Assembly: GCA_964016885.1 (NCBI GenBank)
Contig: OZ024758.1
Location: 35,526,001-35,590,000 of the forward strand
Length of the DNA stretch: 64,000 nucleotides
Origin: Eledone cirrhosa
Lineage: Eukaryota
Direction: 5' to 3'
Positions 53,701 to 64,000 of this stretch are shown piece by piece. The notes below the pieces were generated by a model. It searched no databases, had not been told where the DNA came from, and was given only the letters and a program-made list of their open reading frames with translations. The position numbers and the translations under genes were made by a program. Position 1 is the first letter of the stretch; each line of letters starts with the position of its first letter.

Positions 53701-56140
53701 GGTATTAGTTTGTCAGAAGTAACTCCACTGTTGGTGAGAATTCATTTAATTCATGGTATTAGTTGTCAGAAGTAACTCCAATGTTGGTGAGAATTCATTT
53801 AAGTTCATGGTACTAGCTGTCAGAAGTAACTCCACTGTTGGTGAGAATTCATTTAAGTTCATGGTATTAGCTGTCAGAAGTAACTCCACTGTTGGTGAGA
53901 ATTCATTTAAGTTCATGGTATTAGCTGTCAGAAGGAACTCCACTGTTGGTGAGAATTCATTTAAGTTCATGGTATTAGCTGTCAGAAGTAACTCTACTGT
54001 TGGTGAGAATTCATTTAAGTTCATGGTACTAGCTGTCAGAAGTAACTCCACTGTTGGTGAGAATTCATTTAAGTTCATGGTATTAGTTTGTCAGAAGTAA
54101 CTCCACTGTTGGTGAGAATTCATTTAAGTCATGGTATTAGTTGTCAGAAGTAACTCCAATGTTGGTGAGAATTCATTTAAGTCATAGTACTAGCTGTCAG
54201 AAGTAACTCCAATGTTGGTGAGAATTCATTTTAGTTCATGGTATTAGCTGTCAGAAGGAACTCCACTGTTGGTGAGAAATCATTTAAGTTCATGGTATTA
54301 GCTGTCAGAAGTAACTTCACTGTTGGTGAGAATTCATTTAAGTTCATGGTACTAGCTGTCAGAAGTAACTCCAATGTTGGTGAGAATTCATTTATGTTCA
54401 TGGTATTAGCTGTCAGAAGTAACTCCACTGTTGGTGAGAATTCATTTAAGTTCATGGTATTAGCTGTCAGAAGGAACTCCACTGTTGGTGAGAATTCATT
54501 TAAGTTCATGGTATTAGCTGTCAGAAGTAACTCCACTGTTGGTGAGAATTCATTTAAGTTCATGGTACTAGCTGTCAGAAGTAACTCCACTGTTGGTGAG
54601 AATTCATTTAAGTTCATGGTATTAGCTGTCAGAAGTAACTCCACTGTTGGTGAGAATTCATTTAAGTTAGAATGGTACTAGCTGTCAGAAGTAACTCCAA
54701 TGTTGGTGAGAATTCATTTAAGTTCATGGTATTAGCTGTCAGAAGTAACTCCACTGTTGGTGAGAATTCATTTAAGTTCATGGTATTAGCTGTCAGAAGT
54801 AACTCCACTGTTGGTGAGAATTCATTTAAGTTCATGGTATTAGTTTGTCAGAAGTAACTCCACTGTTGGTGAGAATTCATTTAAGTCATGGTATTAGTTG
54901 TCAGAAGTAACTCCAATGTTGGTGAGAATTCATTTAAGTTCATGGTATTAGCTGTCAGAAGTAACTCCAGTGTTGGTGAGAATTCATTTAAGTTCATGGT
55001 ATTAGCTGTCAGAAGGAACGCCACTGTTGGTGAGAATTCATTTAAGTTCATGGTACTAGCTGTCAGAAGTAACTCCAATGTTGGTGAGAATTCATTTAAG
55101 TTCATGGTATTAGCTGTCAGAAGGAACTCCACTGTTGGTGAGAAATCATTTAAGTTCATGGTATTAGCTGTCAGAAGTAACTTCACTGTTGGTGAGAATT
55201 CATTTAAGTTCATGGTACTAGCTGTCAGAAGTAACTCCAATGTTGGTGAGAATTCATTTAAGTTCATGGTATTAGCTGTCAGAAGTAACTCCACTGTTGG
55301 TGAGAATTCATTTAAGTTCATGGTATTAGCTGTCAGAAGTAACTCCACTGTTGGTGAGAATTCATTTAAGTTCATGGTACTACCTGTCAGAAGTAACTCC
55401 ACTGTTGGTGAGAATTCATTTAAGTTCATGGTATTAGTTGTCAGAAGTAACTCCAATGTTGGTGAGAATTCATATAAGTTCATGGTATTAGCTGTCAGAA
55501 GTAACTCCACTGTTGGTGAGAATTCATTTAAGTTCATGGTATTAGCTGTCAGAAGTAACTCCACTGTTGGTGAGAATTCATTTAAGTCCATGGTACTAGC
55601 TGTCAGAAGTAACTCCACTGTTGGTGAGAATTCATTTAAGTTCATGGTATTAGTTTGTCAGAAGTAACTCCACTGTTGGTGAGAATTCATTTAATTCATG
55701 GTATTAGTTGTCAGAAGTAACTCCAATGTTGGTGAGAATTCATTTAAGTTCATGGTACTAGCTGTCAGAAGTAACTCCACTGTTGGTGAGAATTCATTTA
55801 AGTTCATGGTATTAGCTGTCAGAAGTAACTCCACTGTTGGTGAGAATTCATTTAAGTTCATGGTATTAGCTGTCAGAAGGAACTCCACTGTTGGTGAGAA
55901 TTCATTTAAGTTCATGGTACTAGCTGTCAGAAGTAACTCCACTGTTGGTGAGAATTCATTTAAGTTCATGGTATTAGTTTGTCAGAAGTAACTCCACTGT
56001 TGGTGAGAATTCATTTAAGTCATGTTATTAGTTGTCAGAAGTAACTCCAATGTTGGTGAGAATTCATTTAAGTCATGGTACTAGCTGTCAGAAGTAACTC
56101 CAATGTTGGTTAGAATTCATTTAAGTTCATGGTATTAGCT
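38800..56140. repeat. Large near-identical tandem duplication, period 8,742/8,579 bp, junction near 47,535-47,570
   Basis: The offset is 8742 (39131/47873, 39777/48519) and then 8579 (40371/48950 through 47119/55698). The rare variants AGAGGTAAC, ACTCTACTG, ATTTATGTTC, AAGTCCATG and CATGTTATT all recur at offset 8579. Confidence 0.92.
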
Positions 56141-58709
56141 GTCAGAAGGAACTCCACTGTTGGTGAGAATTCATTTAAGTTCATGGTATTAGCTGTCAGA
56201 AGTAACTCTACTGTTGGTGAGAATTCATTTAAGTTCATGGTACTAGCTGTCAGAAGTAACTCCACTGTTGGTGAGAATTCATTTAAGTTCATGGTATTAG
56301 TTTGTCAGAAGTAACTCCACTGTTGGTGAGAATTCATTTAAGTCATGGTATTAGTTGTCAGAAGTAACTCCAATGTTGGTGAGAATTCATTTAAGTCATA
56401 GTACTAGCTGTCAGAAGTAACTCCAATGTTGGTGAGAATTCATTTTAGTTCATGGTATTAGCTGTCAGAAGGAACTCCACTGTTGGTGAGAAATCATTTA
56501 AGTTCATGGTATTAGCTGTCAGAAGTAACTTCACTGTTGGTGAGAATTCATTTAAGTTCATGGTACTAGCTGTCAGAAGTAACTCCAATGTTGGTGAGAA
56601 TTCATTTATGTTCATGGTATTAGCTGTCAGAAGTAACTCCACTGTTGGTGAGAATTCATTTAAGTTCATGGTATTAGCTGTCAGAAGTAACTCCACTGTT
56701 GGTGAGAATTCATTTAAGTTCATGGTACTACCTGTCAGAAGTAACTCCACTGTTGGTGAGAATTCATTTAAGTTCATGGTATTAGCTGTCAGAAGTAACT
56801 CCAATGTTGGTGAGAATTAATTTAAGTTCATGGTATTAGCTGTCAGAAGTAACTCCACTGTTGGTGAGAATTCATTTAAGTTCATGGTATTAGTTTGTCA
56901 GAAGTAACTCCACTGTTGGTGAGAATTCATTTAATTCATGGTATTAGCTGTCAGAAGTAACTCCAATGTTGGTGAGAATTCATTTAAGTTCATGGTACTA
57001 GCTGTCAGAAGTAACGCCACTGTTGGTGAGAATTCATTTAAGTTCATGGTATTAGCTGTCAGAAGTAACTCCACTGTTGGTGAGAATTCATTTAAGTTCA
57101 TGGTATTAGCTGTCAGAAGGAACTCCACTGTTGGTGAGAATTCATTTAAGTTCATGGTACTAGCTGTCAGAAGTAACTCCACTGTTGGTGAGAATTCATT
57201 TAAGTTCATGGTATTAGTTTGTCAGAAGTAACTCCACTGTTGGTGAGAATTCATTTAAGACATGGTATTAGTTGTCAGAAGTAACTCCAATGTTGGTGAG
57301 AATTCATTTAAGTCATGGTACTAGCTGTCAGAAGTAACTCCAATGTTGGTGAGAATTCATTTAAGTTCATGGTATTAGCTGTCAGAAGGAACTCCACTGT
57401 TGGTGAGAATTCATTTAAGTTCATGGTATTAGCTGTCAGAAGTAACTCCACTGTTGGTGAGAATTCATTTAAGTTCATGGTACTAGCTGTCAGAAGTAAC
57501 TCCAATGTTGGTGAGAATTCATTTAAGTTCATGGTATTAGCTGTCAGAAGTAACTCCACTGTTGGTGAGAATTCATTTAAGTCATGGTAATAGCTGTCAG
57601 AAGTAACTCCAATGTTGGTGAGAATTCATTTAAGTTCATGGTATTAGCTGTCAGAAGTAACTCCACTGTTGGTGAGAATTCATTTAAGTTCATGGTATTA
57701 GCTGTCAGAAGTAACTCCACTGTTGGTAAGAATTCATTTAAGTTCATGGTACTAGCTGTCAGAAGTAACTCCACTGTTGGTGAGAATTCATTTAAGTTCA
57801 TGGTATTAGTTTGTCAGAAGTAACTCCAATGTTGGTGAGAATTCATTTATGTTCATGGTATTAGCTGTCAGAAGTAACTCCACTGTTGGTGAGAATTCAT
57901 TTAAGTTCATGGTACTACCTGTCAGAAGTAACTCCACTGTTGGTGAGAATTCATTTAAGTTCATGGTATTAGCTGTCAGAAGTAACTCCAATGTTGGTGA
58001 GAATTAATTTAAGTTCATGGTATTAGCTGTCAGAAGTAACTCCAATGTTGGTGAGAATTCATATAAGTTCATGGTATTAGCTGTCAGAAGTAACTCCACT
58101 GTTGGTGAGAATTCATTTAAGTTCATGGTATTAGCTGTCAGAAGTAACTCCACTGTTGGTGAGAATTCATTTAAGTCCATGGTACTAGCTGTCAGAAGTA
58201 ACTCCACTGTTGGTGAGAATTCATATAAGTTCATGGTATTAGTTTGTCAGAAGTAACTCCACTGTTGGTGAGAATTCATTTAATTCATGGTATTAGTTGT
58301 CAGAAGTAACTCCAATGTTGGTGAGAATTCATTTAAGTTCATGGTACTAGCTGTCAGAAGTAACTCCACTGTTGGTGAGAATTCATTTAAGTTCATGGTA
58401 TTAGCTGTCAGAAGTAACTCCACTGTTGGTGAGAATTCATTTAAGTTCATGGTATTAGCTGTCAGAAGGAACTCCACTGTTGGTGAGAATTCATTTAAGT
58501 TCATGGTACTAGCTGTCAGAAGTAACTCCACTGTTGGTGAGAATTCATTTAAGTTCATGGTATTAGTTTGTCAGAAGTAACTCCACTGTTGGTGAGAATT
58601 CATTTAAGTCATGTTATTAGTTGTCAGAAGTAACTCCAATGTTGGTGAGAATTCATTTAAGTCATGGTACTAGCTGTCAGAAGTAACTCCAATGTTGGTT
58701 AGAATTCAT

Positions 58710-60217
58710 TTAAGTTCATGGTATTAGCTGTCAGAAGGAACTCCACTGTTGGTGAGAATTCATTTAAGTTCATGGTATTAGCTGTCAGAAGTAACTCTAC
58801 TGTTGGTGAGAATTCATTTAAGTTCATGGTACTAGCTGTCAGAAGTAACTCCACTGTTGGTGAGAATTCATTTAAGTTCATGGTATTAGTTTGTCAGAAG
58901 TAACTCCACTGTTGGTGAGAATTCATTTAAGTCATGGTATTAGTTGTCAGAAGTAACTCCAATGTTGGTGAGAATTCATTTAAGTCATAGTACTAGCTGT
59001 CAGAAGTAACTCCAATGTTGGTGAGAATTCATTTTAGTTCATGGTATTAGCTGTCAGAAGGAACTCCACTGTTGGTGAGAAATCATTTAAGTTCATGGTA
59101 TTAGCTGTCAGAAGTAACTTCACTGTTGGTGAGAATTCATTTAAGTTCATGGTATTAGCTGTCAGAAGTAACTCCACTGTTGGTGAGAATTCATTTAAGT
59201 TCATGGTATTAGCTGTCAGAAGTAACTCCACTGTTGGTGAGAATTCATTTAAGTTCATGGTACTAGCTGTCAGAAGTTACTCCACTGTTGGTGAGAATTC
59301 ATTTAAGTTCATGGTATTAGCTGTCAGAAGTAACTCCACTGTTGGTGAGAATTCATTTAAGTCATGGTATTAGCTGTCAGAAGTAACTCCATTGTTGGTG
59401 AGAATTCATTTAAGTTCATGGTACTAGCTGTCAGAAGTAACTCCACTGTTGGTGAGAATTCATTTAAGTTCATGGTATTAGCTGTCAGAAGGAACTCCAC
59501 TGTTGGTGAGAATTCATTTAAGTTCATGGTATTAGCTGTCAGAAGTAACTCTACTGTTGGTGAGAATTCATTTAAGTTCATGGTACTAGCTGTCAGAAGT
59601 AACTCCACTGTTGGTGAGAATTCATTTAAGTTCATGGTATTAGTTTGTCAGAAGTAACTCCACTGTTGGTGAGAATTCATTTAAGTCATGGTATTAGTTG
59701 TCAGAAGTAACTCCAATGTTGGTGAGAATTCATTTAAGTCATAGTACTAGCTGTCAGAAGTAACTCCAATGTTGGTGAGAATTCATTTTAGTTCATGGTA
59801 TTAGCTGTCAGAAGGAACTCCACTGTTGGTGAGAAATCATTTAAGTTCATGGTATTAGCTGTCAGAAGTAACTTCACTGTTGGTGAGAATTCATTTAAGT
59901 TCATGGTATTAGCTGTCAGAAGTAACTCCACTGTTGGTGAGAATTCATTTAAGTTCATGGTATTAGCTGTCAGAAGTAACTCCACTGTTGGTGAGAATTC
60001 ATTTAAGTTCATGGTACTAGCTGTCAGAAGTTACTCCACTGTTGGTGAGAATTCATTTAAGTTCATGGTATTAGCTGTCAGAAGTAACTCCACTGTTGGT
60101 GAGAATTCATTTAAGTCATGGTATTAGCTGTCAGAAGTAACTCCATTGTTGGTGAGAATTCATTTAAGTTCATGGTACTAGCTGTCAGAAGTAACTCCAC
60201 TGTTGGTGAGAATTCAT
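58710..60217. repeat. Local tandem duplication, period 754 bp (14 monomers)
   Basis: ORF patterns 59041-59373 and 59795-60127 are identical. ACTCTAC occurs at 58798 and 59552, and AAGTTACTCC is present in both copies. Confidence 0.85.
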
Positions 60218-62625
60218 TTAAGTTCATGGTACTAGCTGTCAGAAGTAACTCCAATGTTGGTGAGAATTCATTTAAGTCATGGTACTAGCTGTCAGAAGTA
60301 ACTCCACTGTTGGTGAGAATTCATTTAAGTTCATGGTATTAGCTGTCAGAAGGAACTCCACTGTTGGTGAGAATTCATTTAAGTTCATGGTATTAGCTGT
60401 CAGAAGTAACTCCACTGTTGGTGAGAATTCATTTAGGTTCATGGTACTAGCTGTCAGAAGTAACTCCAATGTTGGTGAGAATTCATTTAAGTTCATGGTA
60501 TTAGCTGTCACAAGTAACTCCACTGTTGGTGAGAATTCATTTAAGTTCATGGTACTAGCTGTCAGAAGTAACTCCACTGTTGGTGAGAATTCATTTAAGT
60601 TCATGGTATTAGCTGTCAGAAGTAACTCCATTGTTGGTGAGAATTCATTTAAGTTCATGGTATTAGCTGTCAGAAGTAACTCCACTGTTGGTGAGAATTC
60701 ATTTAAGTTAATGGTACTAGCTGTCAGAAGTAACCCCAATGTTGGTGAGAATTCATTTAAGTTCATGGTATTAGCTGTCAGAAGTCACTCCAATGTTGGT
60801 GAGAATTCATTTAAGTTCATGGTATTAGCTGTCAGAAGTCACTCCACTGTTGGTGAGAATTCATTTAAGTTCATGGTACTAGCTGTCAGAAGTAACCCCA
60901 ATGTTGGTGAGAATTCATTTAAGTTCATGGTATTAGCTGTCAGAAGTCACTCCAATGTTGGTGAGAATTCATTTAAGTTCATGGTACTAGCTGTCAGAAG
61001 TAACTCCAATGTTGGTGAGAATTCATTTAAGTCATGGTACTAGCTGTCAGAAGTAACTCCACTGTTGGTGAGAATTCATTTAAGTTCATGGTATTAGCTG
61101 TCAGAAGGAACTCCACTGTTGGTGAGAATTCATTTAAGTTCATGGTATTAGCTGTCAGAAGTAACTCCACTGTTGGTGAGAATTCATTTAGGTTCATGGT
61201 ACTAGCTGTCAGAAGTAACTCCAATGTTGGTGAGAATTCATTTAAGTTCATGGTATTAGCTGTCACAAGTAACTCCACTGTTGGTGAGAATTCATTTAAG
61301 TTCATGGTACTAGCTGTCAGAAGTAACTCCACTGTTGGTGAGAATTCATTTAAGTTCATGGTATTAGCTGTCAGAAGTAACTCCACTGTTGGTGAGAATT
61401 CATTTAAGTTCATGGTATTAGCTGTCAGAAGGAACTCCACTGTTGGTGAGAAATCATTTAAGTTCATGGTATTAGCTGTCAGAAGTAACTTCACTGTTGG
61501 TGAGAATTCATTTAAGTTCATGGTATTAGCTGTCAGAAGTAACTCCACTGTTGGTGAGAATTCATTTAAGTTCATGGTATTAGCTGTCAGAAGTAACTCC
61601 ACTGTTGGTGAGAATTCATTTAAGTTCATGGTACTAGCTGTCAGAAGTTACTCCACTGTTGGTGAGAATTCATTTAAGTTCATGGTATTAGCTGTCAGAA
61701 GTAACTCCACTGTTGGTGAGAATTCATTTAAGTCATGGTATTAGCTGTCAGAAGTAACTCCATTGTTGGTGAGAATTCATTTAAGTTCATGGTACTAGCT
61801 GTCAGAAGTAACTCCACTGTTGGTGAGAATTCATTTAAGTTCATGGTACTAGCTGTCAGAAGTAACTCCAATGTTGGTGAGAATTCATTTAAGTCATGGT
61901 ACTAGCTGTCAGAAGTAACTCCACTGTTGGTGAGAATTCATTTAAGTTCATGGTATTAGCTGTCAGAAGGAACTCCACTGTTGGTGAGAATTCATTTAAG
62001 TTCATGGTATTAGCTGTCAGAAGTAACTCCACTGTTGGTGAGAATTCATTTAGGTTCATGGTACTAGCTGTCAGAAGTAACTCCAATGTTGGTGAGAATT
62101 CATTTAAGTTCATGGTATTAGCTGTCACAAGTAACTCCACTGTTGGTGAGAATTCATTTAAGTTCATGGTACTAGCTGTCAGAAGTAACTCCACTGTTGG
62201 TGAGAATTCATTTAAGTTCATGGTATTAGCTGTCAGAAGTAACTCCATTGTTGGTGAGAATTCATTTAAGTTCATGGTATTAGCTGTCAGAAGTAACTCC
62301 ACTGTTGGTGAGAATTCATTTAAGTTAATGGTACTAGCTGTCAGAAGTAACCCCAATGTTGGTGAGAATTCATTTAAGTTCATGGTATTAGCTGTCAGAA
62401 GTCACTCCAATGTTGGTGAGAATTCATTTAAGTTCATGGTATTAGCTGTCAGAAGTCACTCCACTGTTGGTGAGAATTCATTTAAGTTCATGGTACTAGC
62501 TGTCAGAAGTAACCCCAATGTTGGTGAGAATTCATTTAAGTTCATGGTATTAGCTGTCAGAAGTCACTCCAATGTTGGTGAGAATTCATTTAAGTTCATG
62601 GTACTAGCTGTCAGAAGTAACTCCA
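59790..62625. repeat. Tandem duplication, period 1,617 bp (30 monomers), second copy partial
   Basis: The offset is 1617 at 60279/61896 and 59795/61412. The ordered variants TTTAGGTTC, GTCACAAG, AAGTTAATGG, AACCCCAAT and AGTCACTCC are the same in both copies. Confidence 0.85.
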
Positions 62626-64000
62626 CTGTTGGTGAGAATTCATTTAAGTTCATGGTATTAGCTGTCAGAAGTAACTCCACTGTTGGTGAGAATTCATTTA
62701 GGTTCATGGTACTAGCTGTCAGAAGTAACTCCAATGTTGGTGAGAATTCATTTAAGTTCATGGTATTAGCTGTCAGAAGTAACTCCACTGTTGGTGAGAA
62801 TTCATTTAAGTTCATGGTATTAGCTGTCAGAAGTAACTCCACTGTTGGTGAGAATTCATTTAAGTTCATGGTACTACCTGTCAGAAGTAACTCCACTGTT
62901 GGTGAGAATTCATTTAAGTTCATGGTATTAGTTGTCAGAAGTAACTCCAATGTTGGTGAGAATTCATATAAGTTCATGGTATTAGCTGTCAGAAGTAACT
63001 CCACTGTTGGTGAGAATTCATTTAAGTTCATGGTATTAGCTGTCAGAAGTAACTCCACTGTTGGTGAGAATTCATTTAAGTCCATGGTACTAGCTGTCAG
63101 AAGTAACTCCACTGTTGGTGAGAATTCATTTAAGTTCATGGTATTAGTTTGTCAGAAGTAACTCCACTGTTGGTGAGAATTCATTTAATTCATGGTATTA
63201 GTTGTCAGAAGTAACTCCAATGTTGGTGAGAATTCATTTAAGTTCATGGTACTAGCTGTCAGAAGTAACTCCACTGTTGGTGAGAATTCATTTAAGTTCA
63301 TGGTATTAGCTGTCAGAAGTAACTCCACTGTTGGTGAGAATTCATTTAAGTTCATGGTATTAGCTGTCAGAAGGAACTCCACTGTTGGTGAGAATTCATT
63401 TAAGTTCATGGTACTAGCTGTCAGAAGTAACTCCACTGTTGGTGAGAATTCATTTAAGTTCATGGTATTAGTTTGTCAGAAGTAACTCCACTGTTGGTGA
63501 GAATTCATTTAAGTCATGTTATTAGTTGTCAGAAGTAACTCCAATGTTGGTGAGAATTCATTTAAGTCATGGTACTAGCTGTCAGAAGTAACTCCAATGT
63601 TGGTTAGAATTCATTTAAGTTCATGGTATTAGCTGTCAGAAGGAACTCCACTGTTGGTGAGAATTCATTTAAGTTCATGGTATTAGCTGTCAGAAGTAAC
63701 TCTACTGTTGGTGAGAATTCATTTAAGTTCATGGTACTAGCTGTCAGAAGTAACTCCACTGTTGGTGAGAATTCATTTAAGTTCATGGTATTAGTTTGTC
63801 AGAAGTAACTCCACTGTTGGTGAGAATTCATTTAAGTCATGGTATTAGTTGTCAGAAGTAACTCCAATGTTGGTGAGAATTCATTTAAGTCATAGTACTA
63901 GCTGTCAGAAGTAACTCCAATGTTGGTGAGAATTCATTTTAGTTCATGGTATTAGCTGTCAGAAGGAACTCCACTGTTGGTGAGAAATCATTTAAGTTCA

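Larger units (their letters stand above)
1..64000. repeat. Tandem satellite array, 54-bp monomer (53/55/56-bp variants), about 1,190 copies, single orientation, running off both window edges
   Basis: The unit GAGAATTCATTTAAGTTCATGGTA(T/C)TAGCTGTCAGAAG(T/G)AACTCCA(C/A)TGTTGGT recurs head to tail from base 1 (1-54, 55-108...) to the end. Most monomers differ from consensus at only 0-3 positions. I saw no unique intervening sequence. Copy number is estimated as 64000/53.9. Confidence 0.99.

Noticed and set aside
61896-63161. Longest ORF (421 aa) as a repeat or surface protein
   Set aside because: It is only a run of about 23 monomers without an indel. It has no signal peptide, no distinct domain and no non-repeat flank.
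657-63808. Numerous + strand ORFs (MVLAVRSNSTVGENSFKF)n and - strand ORFs (MNLNEFSPTVELLLTANT)n
   Set aside because: They follow from the 54-bp (18-codon) period with one stop-free frame per strand. They are broken every few monomers by frameshifts and stops, have no unique termini, and most variants change amino acids.
1-64000. CRISPR array or other repeat-spacer system
   Set aside because: There are no unique spacers, the entire 54 bp is repeated, and no cas or other genes are present.
1-64000. Sequencing concatemer, rolling-circle artefact or synthetic repeat
   Set aside because: Variants are heritable and hierarchically nested over many kb, unlike random errors on a single template. Individual large duplications could still be assembly errors.
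1-64000. Monomer variant order as an information-bearing code or variation cassette library
   Set aside because: The order is adequately explained by nested duplication and whole-monomer indels. No recombinase, reverse transcriptase or expression locus is visible.

Overview
The whole 64-kb window is one uninterrupted, single-orientation, head-to-tail tandem array of a 54-bp monomer. The + strand consensus is GAGAATTCATTTAAGTTCATGGTATTAGCTGTCAGAAGTAACTCCACTGTTGGT (about 37% GC, one EcoRI site, no CpG), at roughly 1,190 copies. It looks like eukaryotic satellite DNA, but the organism and any centromeric role cannot be determined from the sequence. I found no credible gene, RNA gene, transposon or CRISPR array. 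Every listed ORF is a by-product of 54 bp being 18 codons with one stop-free frame per strand. The informative signal is the order of monomer variants. It shows a linked 55+53-bp dimer, a marker cassette recurring about 33 times, nested duplications at about 0.7, 1.6, 1.9, 2.7, 3.7, 8.6 and 10.6 kb, and a distinct monomer subfamily found only near the two ends of the window. I see no evidence for a new protein-coding system. Duplication boundaries are approximate (about one to two monomers), read by eye from diagnostic variants and ORF-track offsets.
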